A stretch of 64,000 nt of DNA, from assembly GCA_963707215.1 (NCBI GenBank), contig CAVPPB010000003.1, positions 864,001 through 928,000 of the forward strand, given 5' to 3'. The position numbers and the translations under genes are program-made. The stretch is from an uncultured Chloroflexia bacterium. Its GTDB lineage: Bacteria; Chloroflexota; Limnocylindria; Limnocylindrales; CSP1-4. The notes under the pieces were generated by a model. The model made no database searches, was not told the DNA's origin, and saw only the letters and a list, made by a program, of their open reading frames with translations. This document shows, piece by piece, positions 40,118 through 48,798 of the stretch (its first letter is position 1; the number at the start of each line of letters is the position of its first letter).

Positions 40118-41464
40118 TCAGTCGCATCCGGGGCAGGCCGGCTCGATGGGAGAGGCAGTGACGATGCGAGCGATCTCCCGGGTGAGGGCGGCAGCATCGT
40201 AGCGGCTCTGGTTGGTCAGGACGGCGATCGCGATGCGCTGCTCGGGCAGCCAGCGGACGGCGTTCCGGATGCCGACGAACGAGCCGGTGTGCCCCCACAC
40301 GATCCGGCCGTTGTAGGGGACCGCCTGGACCCCCAGGCCGTAGGGGATGCGAGGGTGGAACCGGGCCGTCCGCTGGACGTCCGCGACGGCTTCCACGACG
40401 AGGTCGGTCGAGATCACGGTGCCGCCGTATAGCGCTGCCGTCCAGCGAGCCGCGTCGACCGCGTTCCCGGCGATGGCCCCGGCCGCGCCGGCCGCGGTCA
40501 CGACGGACGTGAACGGCGTCAGCGGATCGTTCGGCCAGATGGCCTTGGCGGTCGAGGACGCACCCTGGCCGCTGACCCGGTGGGCGCGGGCCAGGGGTGA
40601 TGCTGGTTCCTCCGCGCCCTGGACGAAGACGGTGTCGAGATCGAGCGGGTCGAGCAGGCGCTCGCGCACCAGCTGGGCCCAGGGCACCCCGGTGATCCGC
40701 TCGGCCAGCAGGCCGAGGTAGACGTAGCCCGTGTTCGAATAGCGCCAGAACGTGTCCGGGGGGACGCGGTCCTTCTGACCGAAGGCGAGCGTGTCCTCCA
40801 CCGTCCAGACCTTGCGGGTGTCGGCGTTGAGCGCCGGCTCGATCCCGGTGACCCGGAAGAAGTCCGGCAGGCCGCTGGTGTGGTCCAGCAGGTGCCGGAC
40901 GGTCATCCTCGGGTGGAGGCCGGCGTCCGGCAGTAGCGGGGCGACGAGCTCGTCGAGGTACAGGCGTCCCTCGTCGACCAGCTGCAGGATGATCGCCGCC
41001 GTGAAGGTCTTGGTGACCGACGCGTAAGGGAAGGCCGTCCGGTCGGTGACCGGGCGATCGTGGTAGGCGTCGGCGATGCCGATCGACCGGTGCCAGATCC
41101 TCCCGCCGGGCCAAAGCACGGCGACGCTGACCGCCGGACTGCCGGTCCGGGAGCGCCAGTCGGCGACGGCCTTCTCGAGCTCGGCGCTGGTGACCTCGGT
41201 GCGGGGTGGAGCGAGACGGGGCGTCGGTGCCGGGCCGAGCGGAGGCGGGGTCGACGAGGCAAGCGGCGTCGCCATCGGCGTGGGCGTGCTCGTCGGCCTC
41301 GGGGTGGGCGACGGGCTGGCCGAGCTCGCAGGTTCACCGGACGGCGGGGCGAGACTCGCCTGGGCCTGGGCGCCGGGATCCACGCTCGGCAGCGCAGCTC
41401 CGGTCAGCACCAGGGCGCCCGACGCGACGACAAGCAGCAGGCCGAAGATGACGAGGCGACGCAC
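40118..41464 (-). CDS. Serine hydrolase, beta-lactamase/D-Ala-D-Ala carboxypeptidase family
   Basis: Signal/TM segment and Pro-Thr-Ser linker; SVTK (SxxK), LLDHTSGL, YSN, HTG; TACACT -10 seven nt before GTG 41464. Confidence 0.88.
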   Translation of the reverse strand: MRRLVIFGLLLVVASGALVLTGAALPSVDPGAQAQASLAPPSGEPASSASPSPTPRPTSTPTPMATPLASSTPPPLGPAPTPRLAPPRTEVTSAELEKAVADWRSRTGSPAVSVAVLWPGGRIWHRSIGIADAYHDRPVTDRTAFPYASVTKTFTAAIILQLVDEGRLYLDELVAPLLPDAGLHPRMTVRHLLDHTSGLPDFFRVTGIEPALNADTRKVWTVEDTLAFGQKDRVPPDTFWRYSNTGYVYLGLLAERITGVPWAQLVRERLLDPLDLDTVFVQGAEEPASPLARAHRVSGQGASSTAKAIWPNDPLTPFTSVVTAAGAAGAIAGNAVDAARWTAALYGGTVISTDLVVEAVADVQRTARFHPRIPYGLGVQAVPYNGRIVWGHTGSFVGIRNAVRWLPEQRIAIAVLTNQSRYDAAALTREIARIVTASPIEPACPGCD

Positions 41465-41562
41465 CGGGCGAAGTGTAGCCGCCCGGCGGGGTACCCTCTG
41501 CCGATGGAACGACACATGCTCCCGGTCGGGCCGGCCGGACCCTCGCTCGGGATCGTCCCCCG

Positions 41563-42750
41563 ATGACGCCCGCGGGCGCCCTCGGCGCTGCCGAGCTCAT
41601 CCGTTCCGTCGGCCTCATGGCCGATGGACCCGCGCCATGGGGCCGGCCGATCGCCGCGCCCGGCCCAGGTGTCTACGTCATCGAGTTGCCGTCACCGCCC
41701 GACGCCGCGCCGCTCGAGCTGGCGACCGTCGGCAAGTGGCTCGAGCGCGCCGTCGACCTCCGTCTCGATGGCCGGCGCCCGACCTCCCGCGAGCTGCGCG
41801 AGCGGCTCGCGGCGTTCTGGCTGCCCGGCCAGCGGGTCCTCTTCGTCGGCTCGAGCGGCGGATCCGTCGCGGGACGGGTCCTGGCCCTCGCGCGCACCGT
41901 GCCAGGCGCTCGACGACCTTATGCGGCCGGCGTCTGGCTGAACCTGCTGCGCGATCTCGATCGCTGCCGGGTCTGGTGGGCGGCGACCGAGGCCCCCGAC
42001 GAGTACGAGGACGCTCTCCTCGACGCCTTCCGTGCCGCCGTGCCCCGGGAGCTGGCGGCAGCCACTCCCCAGCCGGACGTGGTGATGCCGTGGGGCGTGC
42101 TCAGGCGTCCGACCGGCGAGCGACGAGCCCACGGCCTGACGGGGATGCTGGTCCCCGAGGGCACTGAGCCTGAGGCGACGGCGGCCGACCCGACGGCCCC
42201 TCGGCCGCGGGGCCGGCCCGCCGGCGGTTCGAAGGCGCCAGCGCAGCGTCGGGCCACGAAGCCGCCGCCCGGCCCCGCGGCACCCACCGCGCCCGCGAGC
42301 GACGGGGACATCTCCGCCGAGGGCCTCGAGCGTCTCGAGCGCGAGCTCGCCGACCTGCGGACCGTTCGGCGGCCAGCGGTCGTCAAGCGGGTGGCGACGG
42401 CCCGTGAGCATGGAGATCTCAAGGAGAACGCGGAGTACCACGCCGCCCGCGAGGAGCTCGGTTTCGTCGATGGCCGGATCCACGCCCTCGAGGACCGGAT
42501 CCGCCGCGCCGTCGTCGTCGAGAGAAGCGGCGGTGACGTCGCGGCGATCGGCAGCGAGCTGCTCGTGGAGTCTGACGGCGAGCGGCTGACCCTTCGGCTC
42601 GTCGGCTCCTCCGAGGCGGACGTGGCCGCCGGCCGGATCTCGGTCGCGTCGCCGGTCGGGAAGGCCCTGGTGGGGTCCAGGGCGGGCGACGAGGTCGCGG
42701 TCGCGACCCCCGGCGGCGAGATCCACTACACCGTCATCGAGGTCGGCTGA
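41563..42750 (+). CDS. greA: GreA transcription elongation factor fused to an N-terminal GIY-YIG-like domain
   Basis: C-terminal ~146 aa has GLERLERELADL, AREHGDLKENAEYHAARE, IS..SPVGKALVG; N-terminal ~190 aa has PGVYVI...VLFVG; Pro/Ala-rich linker. Confidence 0.85.
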   Translation: MTPAGALGAAELIRSVGLMADGPAPWGRPIAAPGPGVYVIELPSPPDAAPLELATVGKWLERAVDLRLDGRRPTSRELRERLAAFWLPGQRVLFVGSSGGSVAGRVLALARTVPGARRPYAAGVWLNLLRDLDRCRVWWAATEAPDEYEDALLDAFRAAVPRELAAATPQPDVVMPWGVLRRPTGERRAHGLTGMLVPEGTEPEATAADPTAPRPRGRPAGGSKAPAQRRATKPPPGPAAPTAPASDGDISAEGLERLERELADLRTVRRPAVVKRVATAREHGDLKENAEYHAAREELGFVDGRIHALEDRIRRAVVVERSGGDVAAIGSELLVESDGERLTLRLVGSSEADVAAGRISVASPVGKALVGSRAGDEVAVATPGGEIHYTVIEVG

Positions 42751-42788
42751 GCGACCGGGGACCGGCGACCGAGGGGACCGGGGCCGGT

Positions 42789-43535
42789 TCAGCCGACGGA
42801 CGGGGCGGCTCCGGCGACGCCATGCTCCACGGCCCAAAGGGCGGCCTGGGTGCGGCTCTGGAGGCCGAGCTTGCCGAGGATGTTGCTGACGTACGTCCGG
42901 GCCGTCCGCTCGGTGATCCCGAGCTCGTAGGCGATCTCCTTGTTCGCCAGGCCCCGCCCGACTAGGGCCAGGACTTCGCGCTCGCGCTCGGTCAGCGGCT
43001 CGACCGGCTCGTCGCGGTCGCGGCGGGCGCGCATCCGCTGGGCCAGCAGCCGGGCCACCGCCGGGTCGAGGTGGACCTCGCCGGCGTGGGCGGCCCGGAC
43101 CGCGGCGGCCACTTCCTCTGCGGAGGCGTCCTTGAGGACGTACCCGGCCGCTCCGGCCTCGAGCGCCGCTGTGACCTTCGACTCCTCGACGAACGAGGTC
43201 ATGGTCACGATCTCGATCTCGGGCGCCTCGGCCTTGATCCGGCCGATCGCCGTGACGCCGTCCATGACCGGCATGAGCAGATCCATCAGGATCACGTCCG
43301 GCCGGAGCCTCCGGGCCATGGCCACGCCCTGGCTGCCATCCTCGGCTTCGCCGACGACCTCGAAGTCAGCCTGTAGCTCGAAGAAGACCCGCAGCCCCGT
43401 CCGGACGACGGCATGGTCGTCGACGAGGAGGATCCGGATGCGGTCCTCCAGGTCGACCCCGTGGGTCGATCCGGATCCCGGGTCGGCGGCCACCTGGGGG
43501 GCGGCTGTCCCGCCCGTTCGCTGGGAGACGCTCAT
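42789..43535 (-). CDS. NarL/LuxR-family response regulator
   Basis: LLVDDH, ILMDLLMP, GYVLKD, LTEREREVL..GLANKEIA HTH; SD AGGAGG. Confidence 0.93.
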   Translation of the reverse strand: MSVSQRTGGTAAPQVAADPGSGSTHGVDLEDRIRILLVDDHAVVRTGLRVFFELQADFEVVGEAEDGSQGVAMARRLRPDVILMDLLMPVMDGVTAIGRIKAEAPEIEIVTMTSFVEESKVTAALEAGAAGYVLKDASAEEVAAAVRAAHAGEVHLDPAVARLLAQRMRARRDRDEPVEPLTEREREVLALVGRGLANKEIAYELGITERTARTYVSNILGKLGLQSRTQAALWAVEHGVAGAAPSVG

Positions 43536-43700
43536 CGCTCGGCCTCCTGCCGGGTCGCGGTCCGGGCCGAGAGCGCCGCCGGCACGTCCGGGACGGCGTC
43601 CGGGATGACCGAACCCTGGGCATCGTCCGCCCGGCGCTCGGGCCTGGGAACGGCCGCCCGTCCGACGGCCGAGTGGGACACTGGTCCCGCGGCCCTTACG

Positions 43701-46700
43701 TCATCCGTCCGCACCGTCCACTCGGGCACCGGGGGCGCCTTCCGCCGGGGGATGGAACGGCAGGCTGAGCTCGAGCGAGGTCCCCCGACCAGGCGCCGAC
43801 TCGACGCGGAGCGAGCCGCCCGCCCGCTCGGCCCGCTGGCGCATCCCGACGAGTCCGACGTGGCCCGGGCCTACCTCGTTCGGGTCAAAGCCCACACCGT
43901 CGTCCTGGAGGGTCATCCAGAGCCGGTCGGCATCACGCCCGACGAGGACCCTGACCTGCCGGGCCGCGGCATGCTTGACGACGTTGTGGAGGCCCTCCTG
44001 GGCGATCCGGTAGAGCGCCTCCTCGAGGGCGATCGGCGGACGGTCATCGCCGAGATCGTCGATCCGGAGGTCGATCGGCAGGCCGACGCGACCCTGGACG
44101 GCGGCGCAGTGCGTCCGCAGCGCATGCGCCAGGCCGTCCTGCTCCAGACTGCCCGGGCGCAGCTCGAAGATCAGCGAACGCATCTCGGCGAGGGCATCCC
44201 GCTGGAGCTCGCGGAGGAGGGCCAGCTGCTCGCCGGCCCGGGATGGATCGCGTTCCAGCAGGAGCTCCAGGCTGCGGGTCACGAGCGTCATCGAGAAGAG
44301 CGCCTGGGTCACCGAGTCGTGGAGCTCGCGAGCCAGATGGGCCCGCTCCTCGCCGGCCGCCAGCTCGGCCGCCTTGAGCTGGAGGTCGCGCTCCAGACGG
44401 TCGCGCTCGCGAAGGTCTCGCACCGACCCGTGCGCCCCCTCGAGGTTTCCCGGCTGCCCGGTCCCCACGGCGTGGATCTCCACCGGCACGCGGGTGCCGT
44501 CGGCCGCCACGATCCCGGACCTGAGCTCCTGGACGCGATCGGGCGCGGCCGTCAGGCGCTGCCAGACGCCGTGGGAGCCCTGGCGGATCGCCGGATCGAG
44601 GAGATCCGAGTAGGGACGTCCCAGGAGCGAGCCGGGCTCGATGCCGGCCATGTCACGGATGCGGTCCGACACGAAGGTGAAGCGGCCGGCAGCGTCCACG
44701 GCGAAGATGACGTCCGGGGACGCGGAGACCAGGTTGCGGTAGCGGGCCTCCGACTCGCGGATGCGTTCGAGCAGGCGGCCGTTCGTGAGGGCGATCGCGG
44801 CATGATCGGCGAGCCCCTGGAGGAGGTCGAGCTCGTCGTCGCCGACCCTGCGCGGGCTCCGGTGGCTGATCGCCAGCGTTCCGATGACCGCCCCGTCGGG
44901 GGCTCGCAGCGGCGCGGCCGCCATCCCGCGGATGCCCATCCGTTGGGCAGTGGCGACGTCGTCCGCCTCCAGGGGGATCCGCTCGTCGGCGAGGTAGTCC
45001 TCGGTCCGGATCGTCTCGTTGCGCCCGGCCGCCAGGCCGTTGATCCCATCGTCGATCGGGAAGTCCTGGGTGAGCAGCCAGGCCCGGGTGTCGTCGTCGA
45101 GCACGCCTGCCATGACGACCGGCCGCAGGACCGTCCGATCCTCCGACATCAGGGTCAGGTGGGCGCCGTCCGACCCGAGCAGACGCCTCGTCTCCTCGAC
45201 GATCGACCCGAGGACGGCCTCGGGTTCGCGCAGCACCGCGATCCGCGCCGCGATGTCCCGAAGGCCTCGCTCCGCCTCGGCTCGTCGGGCGACCTCGGCC
45301 CGGGATCGCTCCAGCTGGGTGATCAGCCGGGCGTTGGCGATCGCGACGGCGGCCTGGTCCGCCAGCCCCTGGAGCATGGCGCCATCCTCGTCGTCGAACG
45401 CGTCGGGACGCCGGCTCAGGACGGTCATCGCCCCGAAGGCCCGTCCCTCCACCACGAGCGGGGCCGCGATCGCCGATCGGAGGCCGTGCTCGGCAAGGAA
45501 CCGGTCGACCCCGGGGCCGTGCTGGAACCGCCGGTCGGCGGCGTAGTCGCCCGACCGGACGGCCCGCCCCTCGCTGAAGGCCAGGCCCGACACGCCGACA
45601 CCAGGGATGATCCGGGGGGCGTCGGCCGTCGGCTGCTGGACCGGCAGCGTCGTCGCCCCCAGGATGACCCCCAGGCCGTCCTCGGAGTCAGCCACACCGA
45701 TCTCGGCGAAGTCGCCCCGGAGCAGGGCCACGGCTGCATCGATGGTGCGCTGGATCACTTCGCCGGGATCCCGCAGGGCGGTGACCGTGGCGGCGATCTC
45801 GCGGAGGGTGCGCTCCGCCTCGGCCCGCCTGGCCAACTCCTCGCGGGAGGTGTCGAGGTCGGCGATGAGCCGGGCGTTGGCGATCGCGATGGCCGCCTGG
45901 CTCGCCAGGCCCTCCAGGAGGGCAGCGTCCTTCCCGGTGTACACGCCGGCCCGCGTCGTGCCGAGCTGGATGATCCCGAGGAGCTCGCGATCGACCCGCA
46001 GCGGGGCGGCGATGGCCGCCCGGATGCCGGCTCCGCTGATGAATGCATCGGCGGTCGGCGTGTGTTCGAAACGCGCCTCGGCCAGGTAGTCGTCCGTGAA
46101 GACAGCTCCGTCGCTGCGCATCGCCCAGCCGGACATGCCGCCGACCTCGCGGTCGGTGGGCTTGGCCGAGACGTCGGCCTCGGGCGGGAATGCCCACTGG
46201 GCCCGACCGGCCAACGGCGCGACGAGATCGATCTGGGCACGCTCAGCGCCGAAGAGGCGAGCCGCCTCGTCGAGGATCCCCTGGAGCAGCTCCGCCGGGT
46301 CCCGGATGGCGGTGATCCTGGCGGCCAACTCTCGCAGCGTGCGCTCCGCATCGGCCAGCAGGGCGGTCTCGTGGCGCGTTCGACGAAGCTCGTCGATGAG
46401 GCGGGCGTTGGTCAGGGCGATCGAGGCCTGCTGGGCGAGGGCCTCGAGGATCGCCGCGTCGGCCTCGCCGAAGGCGTCCGGCCGGGCCGATTCCGCGAGC
46501 ATCGCGCCGAGGGGCGTGTCGCCGTCGAACATCGGCACCGCGATGGCCGACGGGAGGTCGAGGTCGGCCGTGTAGCGGTCCGGACCCGGTCGGTGGACGA
46601 AGCGCACGTCGTTCAGGTAGTCGCCGGTGATGAAGGTCCGTCGGTCGGCGATGGCCTTGCCAGTGACCCCCTCCCCGAGGGCGATGGCCTCGTGGGCCGG

Positions 46701-48086
46701 CCAGGCGTCGCGACCGACCTCGCTCGGCGAGTACCAGACCCAGCCCGAGCCCTCCTCGGCAGGCTCGATGAGGTTGATCCATACGCGGTCGGTCCGGAGC
46801 AGCCGAGCGGCGTCGGCGGCGATCCGATGGAGGACCTCCGCCGGCTCGTGAACGGCAGTGAGCGAGGTCGCGACCTCGCGGAGGGCCCGCTCGACATCGG
46901 CGCGCCGGGCCGATTCCTCGCGCGATCCGGCAAGGTCGCGGATGAGCGTCGCGTTGCGGAGGCCCACCCCGGCCTGGTTCGCGAGGGCCTCGATGAGGGC
47001 CGCGTCATCGGGTCCGTAGGCATCGACCTTCGACGTGTAGACGGTGAGCGTGCCGAGGGGGCCGGAGTCGCCCATGAGGGGGGCCGCGACCGCCGAGCGG
47101 ATGGCGTGTCGCCGGGCGTGCGCATCGGGCGCCGACGCGTGGCGAAAGCGGTCGTCGGCGAGGTAGTCGCCGGTGATGACGACCCGCCGCTCGGCGACGG
47201 CCCGGCCCGAGATCCCCTCGCCCGGCTGGGCCTCGCCGTCGCCCTGGATCGGCCCAAGGCCGGGCCTCCGACCGGTGGTGGCGTCGTGGGACCAGAGCAG
47301 TGCGCCGGACTCCGCGTCCAGTCGGTCGATCCTGGCCCCGTCGGCCTCCAGGAGCCGGGCCGCCTCGTCGACGATCCGCTGGAGCAGGTCGTCAGGATCG
47401 CGGATGGAGGTGATCCGGGTCGCGATCTCGCGGAGGGCTCGCTCCGAGGCGGCCCGGCGGGCCGTCTCGGCCCGCGAGGTCGCCAGCTGGGCGATCAGCA
47501 GCCGGTTGTCGATGGCCGTGGCGACGTGATCGGCCAGCGTCCGCACGAGGGCGACATCGGCGTCGTCGAACGCGTCGGGCCGCCCGTCGAAGACGCCCAT
47601 CGCACCCAGCACGGTGTCGCCGGCCACCAGCGGGGCCACGACCATCGAGCGCATCCCGACCTCGTCCACCACCCGGTCGGCGTCGGAGAAGTGGACGAAG
47701 CGGTCGTCGGTCGGGTAGTCCGTCGTCTGGGTGACCCGGCGCTCGGCCACCGCCCGGCCGAACATCCCGACCCCGACCGGCATCCGGAGCCCCCGGACCC
47801 AGGCCCGTCGTCGGTCGTCGGTGATGCCGGCATCGTGGGCGAAGCGCAACTCGCCGGTCGCCGCGTCGACCAGGTAGGCCATGGCCCCGTCGCAGCGGAC
47901 CAGCCGGGCCGCCTCGTGGACGGCCGCGGCGAGCAGGGCGGCGGCGGCCTGATCGTCAGCCAGCGGGGCGCCGGCGGCGGCCACGCCGACGACGGGCACG
48001 CTCGGCTCGACCGGGGCGATCGGCTCCACGTGCCCCTCCGCGGCCGGCGATCCCACCAGGGCGGGGCGAGGCTGCTTGGTCGTCAC
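43701..48086 (-). CDS. Soluble sensor histidine kinase: 6x GAF + PAS + HisKA_3 + HATPase
   Basis: Six repeats ending (A/G)I(A/D)N(A)RL; PAS after ESEARYRNLV; ERAHLARELHDSVTQ, QEGLHNVVKHA, DDGVGF, GLVGMRQR. Confidence 0.9.
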   Translation of the reverse strand: MTTKQPRPALVGSPAAEGHVEPIAPVEPSVPVVGVAAAGAPLADDQAAAALLAAAVHEAARLVRCDGAMAYLVDAATGELRFAHDAGITDDRRRAWVRGLRMPVGVGMFGRAVAERRVTQTTDYPTDDRFVHFSDADRVVDEVGMRSMVVAPLVAGDTVLGAMGVFDGRPDAFDDADVALVRTLADHVATAIDNRLLIAQLATSRAETARRAASERALREIATRITSIRDPDDLLQRIVDEAARLLEADGARIDRLDAESGALLWSHDATTGRRPGLGPIQGDGEAQPGEGISGRAVAERRVVITGDYLADDRFRHASAPDAHARRHAIRSAVAAPLMGDSGPLGTLTVYTSKVDAYGPDDAALIEALANQAGVGLRNATLIRDLAGSREESARRADVERALREVATSLTAVHEPAEVLHRIAADAARLLRTDRVWINLIEPAEEGSGWVWYSPSEVGRDAWPAHEAIALGEGVTGKAIADRRTFITGDYLNDVRFVHRPGPDRYTADLDLPSAIAVPMFDGDTPLGAMLAESARPDAFGEADAAILEALAQQASIALTNARLIDELRRTRHETALLADAERTLRELAARITAIRDPAELLQGILDEAARLFGAERAQIDLVAPLAGRAQWAFPPEADVSAKPTDREVGGMSGWAMRSDGAVFTDDYLAEARFEHTPTADAFISGAGIRAAIAAPLRVDRELLGIIQLGTTRAGVYTGKDAALLEGLASQAAIAIANARLIADLDTSREELARRAEAERTLREIAATVTALRDPGEVIQRTIDAAVALLRGDFAEIGVADSEDGLGVILGATTLPVQQPTADAPRIIPGVGVSGLAFSEGRAVRSGDYAADRRFQHGPGVDRFLAEHGLRSAIAAPLVVEGRAFGAMTVLSRRPDAFDDEDGAMLQGLADQAAVAIANARLITQLERSRAEVARRAEAERGLRDIAARIAVLREPEAVLGSIVEETRRLLGSDGAHLTLMSEDRTVLRPVVMAGVLDDDTRAWLLTQDFPIDDGINGLAAGRNETIRTEDYLADERIPLEADDVATAQRMGIRGMAAAPLRAPDGAVIGTLAISHRSPRRVGDDELDLLQGLADHAAIALTNGRLLERIRESEARYRNLVSASPDVIFAVDAAGRFTFVSDRIRDMAGIEPGSLLGRPYSDLLDPAIRQGSHGVWQRLTAAPDRVQELRSGIVAADGTRVPVEIHAVGTGQPGNLEGAHGSVRDLRERDRLERDLQLKAAELAAGEERAHLARELHDSVTQALFSMTLVTRSLELLLERDPSRAGEQLALLRELQRDALAEMRSLIFELRPGSLEQDGLAHALRTHCAAVQGRVGLPIDLRIDDLGDDRPPIALEEALYRIAQEGLHNVVKHAAARQVRVLVGRDADRLWMTLQDDGVGFDPNEVGPGHVGLVGMRQRAERAGGSLRVESAPGRGTSLELSLPFHPPAEGAPGARVDGADG

Positions 48087-48186
48087 GACCGAGCGAGGAT
48101 AGGCGCCACGGGTCCAGGCATCCATCGGTCCTGGGACGTGGCGGCTCCTACGTCATCCGTCGCAGACGCCCCATGCGGGATGTGGC

Positions 48187-48708
48187 CTAGGCATCGCCGA
48201 GTGCCGCCGCGAAGCGAGCGATCCGGTCGGCGGCATCGTCGATCACCGGCCGCAGCGAGTGACCGAGCTTCGGGTAGGTGACGAGGGTCGCGCTGGGCAG
48301 TCGCTCGATGGCGGCCTGGAGGAGATCGATCCTGGCGAAGGGATCCGACTCCCCCGACAGGAGCAGGACCGGGCACCGTATGGCCGGCCAGTGGGCGCTG
48401 CGGGCCTCGCCGTCCGGGTGGCCCGGCCGGTGCAACGGGTAGCTCAGGCAGACCAGGCCTCCGAACGAACGGTCGGACGTCGCCGCGGCCAGGCTGGCGA
48501 CCCGCCCTCCGTACGAGTGGCCACCGACGACCGCGACCGGCCCTTCCGGGACCTGGGCAAGGAAGGCGGGCACGGCATCCTCGGCGCGCCGGCGCGGCAG
48601 GCGGAGCGCCTGGGCCTCGATCCCGCGGGCGGCGAGGGCCTCGATCCACGGCGTCATCGTCTCGGGGCCGCCGCTGGCGCCGTGCCCCAGGTAGAGGCGA
48701 GTGGTCAT
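48187..48708 (-). CDS. Alpha/beta hydrolase (KANL3/Tex30-like)
   Basis: HGAS oxyanion motif, GGHSYGG nucleophile elbow, SYPLH, GESDPF, GH. Confidence 0.85.
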   Translation of the reverse strand: MTTRLYLGHGASGGPETMTPWIEALAARGIEAQALRLPRRRAEDAVPAFLAQVPEGPVAVVGGHSYGGRVASLAAATSDRSFGGLVCLSYPLHRPGHPDGEARSAHWPAIRCPVLLLSGESDPFARIDLLQAAIERLPSATLVTYPKLGHSLRPVIDDAADRIARFAAALGDA

Positions 48709-48798
48709 GACCCCAGACTACGCCCCGGAAGGACCGGCCCGCCCTGGTACCCGAGGCACGCTTGCCCGGTGCCGGTGGTCAACGGTAGGCTCGGGTCG

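Noticed and set aside
42751-42788. Short GACCG(G) repeats between greA and the response regulator
   Set aside because: Too short and irregular for a CRISPR or REP element; consistent with GC-rich low complexity.
43532-43729. 65-aa minus-strand ORF between the kinase and the regulator
   Set aside because: It overlaps putative operator sites and has no motif; the regulator has its own SD.
43413-48281. 1622-aa plus-strand ORF and other long antisense ORFs (e.g. 2495..4543, 9829..12435, 53844..55829, 57609..59429, and 61589..63838 beyond the NUDIX part)
   Set aside because: These are shadow frames of real opposite-strand genes. Stop codons are rare at this GC content and the translations lack motifs.
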